Positions 47,118 to 64,000 of a stretch of 64,000 nt of DNA are shown one piece after another. The stretch is from the human T2T-CHM13v2.0 reference genome, Homo sapiens. The translations under genes were made by a program, and so were the position numbers. Under the pieces are notes generated by a model, which saw only the letters and a program-made list of their open reading frames with translations, searched no databases and was not told the DNA's origin. The stretch is from NCBI RefSeq assembly GCF_009914755.1, contig NC_060932.1; one strand, given 5' to 3'. Numbering within the stretch: the stretch's first letter is position 1; every line of letters begins with the position of its first letter.

Positions 47118-47593
47118 TGCTATGCTTTAAATATGATCCCCAGAAAGCATATGTTGGCTGCCTGGGTGATGGGTATACTAGAAGCCCAAACTTTACCATT
47201 ATGCAGTATATCCATGTAAAAAAGGTACACATATACCCCTTGAATCTGAAATTTAAAAATAAAATAAGTATGTATTAGAAAATTTATCCCAAATGCAGTA
47301 GTGTCGGGAGGTGGGGCCTAATGAGAGGTGTTTAGGTCATGAAGCCACCTCTAATGAATGCATTAATGTTGATTATAAAAGGGCTTAAGGCTGCAAGTTC
47401 TATCTCTTGCTCTCTCTTATCCCTCTTTGCCCTTCCACTATGGGATGATGCAGCAAGAAGACCCATGCCAGATGCCTGGCCCCTCAATCTTGAACTTCTT
47501 AGCCTCCAGAACTATGAATGAGTAAATTTCTATTCATTATAAATTATCCAGTCTATAATATTTTGTCATAGCAACACAAAACAGACCAAGACA
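47118..47593 (+). mobile_element. MST-type MaLR LTR interrupted by a short L1 3' end (~47158-47268)
   Basis: tgctatg... start and ...gcaacacaaaacagaccaagaca end; L1 tail gggtgatgggtatactagaagccc...aaataaaataa. Confidence 0.7.
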
Positions 47594-47669
47594 GTGAGAT
47601 TACAGAAGAGTATGTAGAGTGAGAAATATTATTGTAGCCATTTTTTTTTAGTTTTTGCTTTTTTTAAAA

Positions 47670-48575
47670 AATTATTCTTTAAGTTCTAGGGTACATGTGC
47701 TCAACATGCAGGTTTGCTACATAGGTATACATGTGCCATGTTGGTTTGCTGCACCCACCAACTCATCATTTACATTAGGTATTTCTCCTAATGCTCTCCC
47801 TCCCCCAGCCCCCCATCCTCCGACCAGCCCCAGTGTGTGATGTTCCCCACCCTGTGTCCATGTGATCTCATTGTTCAATTCCCACCCAAGAGTGAGAACA
47901 TGTGGTGTTTGGTTTTCTGTCCTTGTGATAGTTTGCTGAGAATGATGGTTTCCAGCTTCATCCATGTCCCTGCAAAGGACATGAACTCATCCTTTTATGG
48001 CTGCATAGTATTCCATGGTCTATATGTGCCACGTTTTCTTTATCCAGTCTATCATTGATGGACATTTGGGTTGGTTCCAAGTCTTTGCTATTGTGAGCAG
48101 TGCTGCAATAAACATACGTGCACATGTGTCTTTATAGTAGAATGATTTATAATCCTTTGAGTATATGCCTAGTAATGGGATTGCTGGGTCAAATGGTATT
48201 TCTAGTTCTAGATCCTTGAGGAATCACCACACTGTCTTCCACAGTGGTTGAACTGATTTACACACCCACCAACGGTGTATTTCTCCACATCCTCTCCAGC
48301 ATCTGTTGTTTCCTGACTTTTTAATGATCACCATTCTAACTGGTGTGAGATGGTATCTTATTGTGGTTTTGATTTGCATTTCTCTGATGACCAGTGATGA
48401 TGAGCATTTTTGCATATGTCTGTTGGCTGCATAAATGTCTTCTTTTGAGAAGTGTCTGTTCATATCCTTTGCCCACTTTCTGATGGGGTTGTTTTTTTCT
48501 TGTAAATTTGTTTAAGTTCTTTGTAGATTCTGGATATTAGCCCTTTGTCAGATGGGTAGATTGCAAAAATTTTCT
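47670..48575 (-). mobile_element. L1PA 3' fragment (5'-truncated), abutting AluJ 48575-48866
   Basis: Antisense L1PA 3'UTR plus ORF2 C-terminal remnant ([14 protein letters not shown]...). Confidence 0.92.
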
Positions 48576-49235
48576 CTGTTTTTGCTTTTTGAGATGGAGT
48601 CTCACTCTGTTGTCCAGGCTGACGACTGTAGCTGACTGCAGCCTCAACCTATTGGGTTCCAGAGATCCTTCTGTGTCAGCCTCCTGAGTAGCTGGGAGTA
48701 CAGGCAGATGCCACCACACCTGGATAATTTAAAAAAAAAATTTTGTAGAGATGGGGGTCTCACCATGCTGCCCAGGCTGGTTTCGAACTCTTGGCTTCAA
48801 GCAGTCTCCCCAACTTGGATTCCCAAAGTGCTGGGATTACAGGAGTGAGTCACCATGCCTGGCTGGTTGCAGCCAGTTTTGGGAAATAAAATGTGCTACA
48901 GACATTGTAAGGGCAAAATATTTAACAATAACTGAGATTTCTAAAAATTGCAGATTGGCTAAATGTTAATAAATTATGATCTAAGTAGATTATATCTACC
49001 TAGGAGAAAATAAAAAAAAATTTATGGTATTTTAAGGTATTTATTTATGTACTTATGCATTGAGATATTTGCCATCAAAATTTTTACTAGTGCGTATAAG
49101 TACCTAACACATAGTAGCAATTCAATAAAATTATTTGAATGAATTAATTGAGGATACTTTTCGATCATAGTTTTTATGGTGAGAGTTTTCATTTTGTTCT
49201 GTCTTATTTTTATGTGTATTTTAGTTAGATGTTCG

Positions 49236-50223
<988 letters not shown>

Positions 50224-50659
50224 AGAAGTTGCTAGTCATTCTAAACTGGAAGCTTGACATAATATTTTGAATCAAGCATTTTAAAAATGTCTGCTTTTCA
50301 TAAATAGTTTATTTTTACATATTTATCCCTTTCATTTAGGAAAGAAGATTCATGAGTTTTTTTTTTAATCAGCTGGCAAATTAGAGAAAATATTTATACA
50401 GCTTCTAATAGGCATCTCAAATTATTTTGAAACATTGGGAATATATCTTTTGTAATGTTTTGCTTGTAATAATTGAATAGATTTTCTCATTTGGTAATAA
50501 CTTGGAAAATACAAAGTGGCCCATTTAAAATGGACTCTGATTTAAAGGTACTGTTGGAGGCATTGGTGACGGGCCATTTTTCCTTTTAAATAGAGAAAGT
50601 ATGACAATCTATTTTCAAGAAACTGCCATAGCAATATTTTTAGTCTCATATGCTCGCAC

Positions 50660-51740
50660 AGAATTTTGTCACTCCCCACCAGTAGGTGGAATCTATTTCC
50701 ACTCTTCTTGAACCTGGGCAGGCTTGTGACTGTTCAACCAATTGAATATGGTGGAAATAATGTGATGGGATTTCTGAGGCCATGATATAAATAGGATACA
50801 ACTGATCCAGCAATCGCACTACTGAGTATCTACCCAAAGGAAAATAAATCAACATGTTTATTGCAGTACTATTCACAACAGCAAAGATACAGAATCAGCG
50901 TTGAGTATCTATTAGTGGATGAATGGATAAAGAAAATATGGTATATATACACAATGGAATATTGTTCAACCATAAAAAAACAAAACAAAATAATGTCACT
51001 TACAGCAACATGGATGGAACTGGAGGTCATTATCTTAAGTTAAATAAGCTAGGCACAAAAAGACAAATATCATATATTCTCACTTATATGTGGGAGCTAA
51101 AAATTTGAACACATGGAGGTAGAGAATGGAAAATAGATAAGAGAGACTGGGAAGGGTGAGTGGGGGAAAGGGGAAGGATGAAGAGAAGTGAGTTAAAGGG
51201 TACAAACATACATTAAGATAGGAGTAGATTCAATGTTTGATAGCAGAGCAGGATGACTATACCTAACAAAAATGTATTGTACCTGGTGATGAACATCCTG
51301 AAGACCCTGGCTTAATACTATGCATAATATACATGTAACATAATTCCTCATGTAATCTGTAAATTTGCACAAATAAAAAGAGGGAAAAAAAAAAGCTACA
51401 GCTTCTTCCTGGCTCTCTCTTTGTCTTGGGATGCTTGTTGTTGGAACTAAGTCATACGAAGAGGCCACATGTGGGTATTCTCTTCAAAAACCTGAGCTAA
51501 GCTGCAGCCAACAGCCAGTATTAACCACAGTATGAGTGAGAAAGCTTTCAGGTAATTCCAGCCCCAGGTTGTCGAGTATCCTGCTGAGGCCCCAGAAGTT
51601 GCGGAGCAGAGACAAGCCAGCCCCACTGTGCCCTGTCTGAATTTATGGTCCACAGAACCTGTGATAGATAATAAGTGATTATTGCCTTAAGCCACTAAGT
51701 TTTGGGGTAATTTGTTACATGGCAGTAGATAATTCATATA
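50660..51740 (+). mobile_element. MLT1-type LTR split by an L1MA-like 3' fragment (~50795-51393)
   Basis: LTR end aagccactaagttttggggtaatttgttac; L1 tgatccagcaatc...A-tail. Confidence 0.75.
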
Positions 51741-51782
51741 ATTTCTAGAAACTTATAGGGAAATAAAGATTTGCTCAAAGAC

Positions 51783-51864
51783 ATATATATATATATATGT
51801 GATATATAAATGATCCATGTATATATATATGATATGGGTGATATATATAAAATAAATATGGGTG

Positions 51865-51907
<43 letters not shown>

Positions 51908-51916
51908 TATATATAT
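51783..51916. repeat. (TA)n/(CA)n low-complexity tract
   Basis: Direct reading. Confidence 0.85.
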
Positions 51917-52319
51917 GTTCTCTGCTGTATCATTTATTTATGTTTTCTTTTTTTTAGAGGCAGAATCTCACTCTGTCACCCAGGCTAGAGTACAGTGGCT
52001 CAGTCATAGGTCACTGCAGCCTTGAACTCCTGGGCTCAAGCGTTCCTCCTGCCATAGCCTCCCAAAGCACTGGGATTATAGGTGTGAGCCACGATGCCTG
52101 GCCCTGCAGTATAATTTACAATTTTTTGAAATAGTCTAGCTATCCAACAATAAGAAAATGTTTAAATAAATTATCATAAGCACACTATTTTCCTAAGTAA
52201 AATTTCTACATTTTCTATATTCAAAAACAAAGTTTAAAGAATTGGTATATAGTCAATTATGTCATAATGATAAACCTAATTGAATTATATATTTACATAA
52301 ATAAAGATCATTAAGAACA

Positions 52320-52800
52320 AAAAAGGCTTTACATCTGATAAAGGACATGTACCCAGAACATACAAGAACTTTCGTCAGTCAATAAGAAAAGATACTAAAT
52401 GTTTTAAATGGACAAAAGAATTGAACAAGCACATCCCCAAAGAAGATATTCAAATGGCCCTTAAGCAAGTAGAAAGGTCCTCAACATCACTACTCATCAG
52501 GGAAATGCAAAGTAGAGAACAAAGAGATACCGGTAGACGTTCACTGTACTGGAATAAAATTTAGCAGATGAGCAATATTGAGTGTTGACAAGGATATGAA
52601 GTAACTGGAACCCTTACACCTTGATGGTGTGAGGGTAAATGGTATCACTTTGTGAACTGTTGGGTAAAACCAATGTTGACCCCATAAACTTTCAGTCCCA
52701 TTCTTGGGTATATACCTAAGAGAAAAGAGTGCTTATGTCCACCAAAGCACACATAGAATTATATTCATAGCAACTGTATTCATAATGGCTCAAATTGGAA
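52320..52800 (+). mobile_element. Old L1M ORF2 3' fragment
   Basis: aaatggacaaaagaattgaac...aagaagatattcaaatggcc...catcagggaaatgcaaa. Confidence 0.75.
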
Positions 52801-53183
52801 AGCTGCTCTAGTCATACATTGTCTGCCCTTACCTTTATTAACGCAGTAGTGCTTAGCATGTAGCTACCTGTGTTTAGTTTAATATGTATTATTAATGAAA
52901 ATTTATTTAGGGGATTTCACCCCCAATTTTTTAACTTTATGGTTTCAAATTTCTTAAAACCTTTCTCTTTACATCAGTTTGGTTTTGGAAGACTAAAAGA
53001 AAGAGCTTGTTGCACAGATGGCCCAAAGCACAAATTATTAAAATGCTAACTTTTATCTACATCCAGCTCCAAATATTCCCTTACTCCTTGATCATTCTTT
53101 TTTTTTTTTTTTTTTGAGACTGAGTCTGTGTCACCTAGGCTGGAGTGATAGATGTATATATGGTCCCCTATTCTAAGGTAATA

Positions 53184-54179
53184 CAGTCATGCATCCGAGA
53201 AATGTGTCATGAGATGACTTTGTCATTGTGAGAACACCATGGAATGTACTTACAGAAACCTGGATGGTGTAACTGCTATACACCTAGATGGTGTAACTAC
53301 TACTATGCATAGTCTATATGATATAGCCTATTACTTCTAGGCCACAAACCTGTACAGCAGGTTACTGTACTGGATACTGTAGGCAGTTATAACACAGTGC
53401 TAAGTATTTGAGTATCTGAACATATCTAAACATAGAGAAGGTACAATAAAAACACAGTATAAAAGGCAAAAACTGGTACACCTGTATAGGGCACTTAACC
53501 ATGAATGGGGCTTACAGGACTGGAAGTTGCTCTGGGTGAGTCGGAGGTGAATGATGAGTGAATGTGAGGGCCTAGGACATTATTGTACACTACTGGAGAC
53601 TTTATAAACTTTATAAACACTGAACACTTAGGCTACACTAAATTTAAAACAAATTTTTCTTGGCTGGGCATGGTGGCTCACTCCTGTAATCCCAGCACTT
53701 TGGGATGCTGAGGTCGGCAGATCACTTGAGTCCAGGAGTTCAAGACCAGTCTGGGGAGCGTGGCAAAACCCCATCTCTACAAAAAATACAAAAATTAGCC
53801 AGGCATGGTGGCGCACACCTGTAGTCCCAGCTGAGGACTGGGAGGCTGAGGTGAGAGGATCATTTGAGCCAGGAGGTTGAAGGTGCAGTGAGCCATGGTA
53901 GTGCCATTGCACTCCCATCTGGGCAATAAAGCGAGATCCTATCTCAAAAACAAATTTTTTTTCTTTAATAATATATTAAACTTAGCTTACTGTTAAGTTT
54001 TTACTTTATAAATGTTTCAGTTTTTAAAAACTTTTGGACTTTTTTGTAATAACACCTAGCTTAAAAGACAAGTACATTGTATAGCTATAGAAAATAATTT
54101 TTCTTTATATCTTTATAGGCTTTTTCTATTTAAAAAGTTTAAATTTTTTTTTAACTTTTAGAATATTTTGGTAAAAATG

Positions 54180-54236
<57 letters not shown>

Positions 54237-54823
54237 AGCCTAGGTCTACACAGGGTCAGGATCATGAATATCCCTGGCTTGCCCCCCTACATCTTTATCC
54301 ACTGGCACACCTTCAGGAGCAGTAACAGGCATGGAGCTGTTATCTCCTAGGATAACAATACCTTCTTCTGGAAGTCCTCCTGAAGGACCTGCCTGAGGCT
54401 CTTGAGGAGATGTCACTCTTTTCAGAAATTTGCCCATGGTGTTTTGCTTGGTTTATTTCTATTTTTCATTGTAGATTTGTTTGTAAGCAGTTAATGCAGC
54501 ATGAACATTCCTGTGTATTAATGAAAACCTTTCTGTTTTTGGGGGTCCATGTTTTCACACTTCCTAAGGAGTTTGTTGAGGTGTGCAAAAGCTTCTCCCA
54601 AACCCTTCACTGTGAGTTTTGTTGGGGGTTCTTTTTCTTTCTCCAGCAAACTTCCTTCTCTCTTGCTGCTTCTTCAGCTTTGCATTCCTATTCCAGTTCC
54701 CACTCATTAGTCAATTCCTGCGATGTTATTGTGGCTATAACGTTACTAGATGACAGGAGTTTTTCAGCTCCATTTAACTACAGTCCATTGTTGACCAAAA
54801 CATCATTTTGTGGCACACAACTG
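53184..54823 (-). mobile_element. Tigger3/Golem element retaining a transposase C-terminal remnant; contains AluJ (53662-53955) and (CA)n (54181-54233)
   Basis: TA|cagtcatgc...cacaactg|TA ends; minus-strand FLKRVTSPQEPQAGPSG peptide. Confidence 0.8.
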
Positions 54824-55253
54824 TATTTAGCTATTTTAGTGGTTGGGTAGCTGCTATCGTTTTTTCAGTGAAATTTGAGTAGTTAAAATGAGTCAAGTAG
54901 TAGCTGAAAGCATGACGAAACTTATAATAGGACTTTCTTTACTTGTAAATGATACAATATGGTATGGCTAGATTAAGTCTTTTAAAAATACTCATAGATT
55001 TCAACTTGGTTCCATAAAGCTGGAAGTGGAAACATTGGACATATATCAGAAATTCAATTGAACGCCTCCTTTTAAATTTATGGTTTACAGACTTGTGGCT
55101 CTTAGATCCCAGGGGATCTAAAGTAGACTGTGTTATAAAGTAGGCACATAACAAGACAACAGCCAATTTAAAAATATTAAATGAACTTGCTAATTCTCCA
55201 TGATATTATATATATAAACTTTGTACCTAATGTAAACTGAAGGTAGTTATTAG

Positions 55254-56551
<1,298 letters not shown>

Positions 56552-56781
56552 ACCATTATAATTTATGCACACACAAATATTTAAAATGACTGTCACCTTT
56601 TTATACTTAGAATTGATCATTTATGATACATAGTATCTTAGAATTTTTTCCCCACGTACTGGTGCTGTGGATGTGAAATCATGGTGATTTATTAGGTTTA
56701 ATTTGTCATGTAAAAGAATTGTGTTCTGTTTGTTCTCTATACATTTAAATATTTTAAATTATTATTATTATTTTTTTGTAG

Positions 56782-56979
56782 CTGTCCCCTTTCCTCCAAC
56801 CCAACGGCTTACTTTCAAGGAAGTATTTGAGAATGGGAAACCTAAAGTTGATGTTTTAAAAAACCATTTGGTAAAGGAAGGACGACTGGAAGAGGAAGTA
56901 GCCTTAAAGATAATCAATGATGGGGCTGCCATCCTGAGGCAAGAGAAGACTATGATAGAAGTAGATGCTCCAATCACAG
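56782..56979 (+). CDS. PPP3CC: PPP3CC exon 2 ([66 protein letters not shown])
   Basis: Acceptor tttttttgtAG, 198 nt, phase 1-1, donor CAG|GTATAA. Joins exon 1 in frame and matches calcineurin A. Confidence 0.97.
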
Positions 56980-57327
56980 GTATAAAAAGTCTTTGCATGA
57001 TACTTTTTTACAGTATAGATTTGCATGAGCAGTTTTGAGAAATAATTACAAATAACCAGCTAAAAAGTGGTGTGGTAATTTTTCTAGAAATTATGAGACA
57101 GTCAGGATTGGTTAGGATATTTGTTGTTAATTGAAGAAATACAATTTTAAGTGTCTCATATTTCCAGTAGAACTATTTAGTATGAGTAGATTGACTACAG
57201 TTTTACAGCAGTCCTGTCAAAAGCTGGAGTGATTTAAGTTAGAAGTTAAACTGTGATCCCTTTTGGTGTAATGCCCTTCGTCTTCTAAGGTATAATTTCT
57301 CACATCACTTTATGCTTTTTTTCCTAG

Positions 57328-57452
57328 TATGTGGTGATATTCATGGACAATTCTTTGACCTAATGAAGTTATTTGAAGTTGGAGGATCACCTAGTAACAC
57401 ACGCTACCTCTTTCTGGGTGACTATGTGGACAGAGGCTATTTCAGTATAGAG
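57328..57452 (+). CDS. PPP3CC: PPP3CC exon 3 ([42 protein letters not shown])
   Basis: Acceptor ttttttcctAG, 125 nt, donor GAG|GTAAAA. Contains the PPP-family metal-binding motifs GDIHG and GDYVDRG. Confidence 0.98.
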
Positions 57453-58478
57453 GTAAAAATTAAACTGGATATGTTGGGACTATTATATTGTCTTTCAAAA
57501 AAGATGATTTCCATTCTTCAGTAGAAGAAATTAAAATGAGAACTCTGGCAGAATTTATAAACTTTGTTACTTTCAAAATTAAAGTAGTAGAAATGTTTTA
57601 ATTGATAGAACAGTTATTCCTTTTTTAAAACCAGTCGAAAATCTGACAAATAGGCTATATATTAATATTAACCCAATTTTACAAATAGTTAAATGTTCAC
57701 CAACTTTTCCTCTTGAAGATAGTATACAGGATTGTATAAAAATGACATAAATTGCTGTTCACCCTAAATGGGGTTTAGATTAGCTGACCTTAATTATAAG
57801 ACCATAAGCTGCTGAGCTACAATTAACACTTAGATTAACTGCCAGTGCTAAATAAACACTAAGCTTTTTGTAGGAATAATGTCTGGTACTGGTACACATA
57901 GTAAGCACTTAATAAATGTTCACTGAAGGGGAAAAATGAGTTGTAGTTAATTAAAACTTATACTTTCCTTTTATATATTTTGAAAATGGAAAGATAGGAA
58001 CATGTTTAGAATTAAATAGAAGCTTTAATGTGTAAAAGATAAAACTACTTTAGAACTTTATGCAAGGACTTGAGTACAGTGGAACCACAGCACATTCCTA
58101 GTTAATGTTCATTGATTCAACTCTACATGCTGGCAAATAAAAGAGAAAAAAACTTTTGAAATAGCGTGGGTAATAGGATTTGTAATGTGACCAAGAATAA
58201 GCATGAGCTGAGAAATTGAGTCTGCTTTCTGTCTTGCTGTCTATAGTCCTGCCTGCCCTCATTGTGTGAGAATCTCACTGTACTAAGTGTGTTTCTGGTG
58301 GTTAAAGGTTTATTGTCTTGCAGCCTCACTCCTAAATGCAAGTCAGCTCTCTCACCTGATGCCCAAGCAAAGGAGCAGCAGTTGCTCTATTGCTGTAGAA
58401 AAAATAAGCAAAAAAATGGATTTTTAGTTTTCTGTTAGATAGGCAATCTAAATTCATGAATCAGAAAAGTTCAATGTT

Positions 58479-60280
<1,802 letters not shown>

Positions 60281-61261
60281 TAAAACAACTTTTTAGTGAT
60301 AAATTATTATGCCAAATTATCTTCTGATTAACTCGTATAACTTAAAATAGCTTTAAAATAGTTTTAATTCATTAATACATTCAATAAAGCACATAGAAAA
60401 TATCAACAATGATTTTGTGCACAGACATCATGTTCAGAATATTTTGTGTTATGCATTTTTTTCCTCACTCATCAATAAAGTTTCTTGAGTGCCAACTTTA
60501 TGGGCAGGCTGTGAGAATAAAATAAAGAATAAAATTTATGCTCTGTAGGAGCTTCCAGTCTAATAGAAAAGATGCACTTACGAATAGACTTTTGTTATAA
60601 TATAAAATGTGCTTCTTGAATTAACAGCGTTTTTCATATTAGGACTTAGCACAGTGCCTAACACATAGTAGGCACATAGTTAATATTTGTTGAATGAATG
60701 AATGTTAATAAATCATAGTTTGTATTTAGCTTTATTCTGTTAATTAGATGTTTGCTAACTTAAAGGGTTTTTTCTGCAATAACTTCAGAGATAAATGAAT
60801 CAAAACTTTAAGGTGACAATGACATTTTATACCAGTGTTAAAACCAAAGTATGAGATCTATCGAGTATTCATTGGAAGTCACTTATTTATAAACCACTAA
60901 GATTATAAACCTCTATAGGCTATAGCTTACTCTAACATGTTGCAAGTATACACTTGAAAAATAATTTTTTAATAAATATTCTTGATAGCCATGAGTGTGA
61001 TGTTTTTGTTTAATAGATGAAAATAAGGTCATGGAATTCTTATTAAAATTTTTTGTTATAAATAATTTATTTTTAATAGAAAAGTTGGGAAATGCAGAAT
61101 CTAGAAAACAAAAACTTTCTACAAATCAGAGATAATCACTGTTAATGTTTTATTATACTTTCTTGCAGCCTTTTTTCTTCTTTTACATTTGTATATATTT
61201 TGTTTTCAAGAAAATTGAGAGCATTTTGTACGCTCCTTTTCTGATCTTCTTTTTCCACTCA

Positions 61262-63360
<2,099 letters not shown>

Positions 63361-63370
63361 TTTTGTGTTC

Positions 63371-64000
63371 TTTTTTTTTTTTTAATGTTTTAAATTCTGG
63401 TATACATGTACAGAACATGCAGGTTTGTTACATAGGTATACATGTGCCATGGTGGTTTGCTGCATCCATCAACCTGTCATCTACATTAGGTACTTCTCCT
63501 AATGCTATCCCTCCCCTAGCCCCCCACCTACCAATAGGCCCCAGTGTATGATGTTCCCCTCCCTGTGTTCTCATTGTTCAACTCCCACTTATGAGTGAGA
63601 ACATGTGGTGTTTGGTTTTCTGTTCCTGTGTTAGTTTGTTGAGAGTGATGGTTTCCAGCTTCATCCATGTCCCTGCAAAGACATGAACTCATCCTTTTTT
63701 TTGGCTCCATAGTATTCCATGGTGTATATGTGCCACATTTTCTCTATCCAGTCTATCACTGATGGACATTTGGGTTGGTTCCAAGTCTTTACTATTGTGA
63801 ATAGTGCTGCAGTAGACATACATGTGCATGTGTCTTTATAGTAGAATGATTTATAATCCTTTGAGTATATACGCGATAATGGGATTGCTGGGTCAGATGG
63901 TATTTCTGGTTCTAATCCTTGAGGAATCACCCCACTGTCTTCCACAGTGGTTGAACTAATTTACACTCCCACCAACAGTGTAAAAGCATTCCTATTTCTC
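63371..64000 (-). mobile_element. L1PA 3' end, running off the window
   Basis: Antisense L1PA 3'UTR and ORF2 C-terminus (EIPSDPAIPL...WNQPKCPS). Confidence 0.92.

Noticed and set aside
48224-48463. L1 ORF2-like peptide (also 63661-63945)
   Set aside because: Short, disrupted C-terminal remnants of truncated or decayed L1PA copies
54246-54850. ORFs within the second Tigger3
   Set aside because: Fragmented transposase remnant and its antisense frame; no intact DDE transposase

Overview
Primate (human-like) genomic DNA, very rich in Alu repeats. I recognise it as the SLC39A14-PPP3CC locus (human 8p21.3, from recall). The + strand carries the 3' end of SLC39A14/ZIP14: last coding exon 1350-1496 and a ~3 kb 3'UTR with AATAAA at 4457 and 4507. 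A second, Alu-derived alternative terminal exon lies at 15721-~15875, followed by a U6 retropseudogene (16221-16317). Next come a CpG-island promoter and the first three coding exons of PPP3CC (calcineurin A gamma: 23239-23287, 56782-56979, 57328-57452), with a 33.5 kb first intron. The rest is about 70 Alu copies or fragments, L1, L2, MIR, MaLR/ERV pieces, Tigger-family DNA transposon fossils and simple repeats. Nearly all ORFs in the supplied track are repeat-derived artefacts. I found no new multi-gene system. The most notable items are the transposon-built alternative last exon of ZIP14 (probably already annotated), a perfect 3 x 67 bp tandem triplication in PPP3CC intron 1, inverted Alus that could circularise PPP3CC exons 2-3, and repeated re-use of the same retrotransposon target sites. 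Repeat subfamily names and edges are by-eye estimates.
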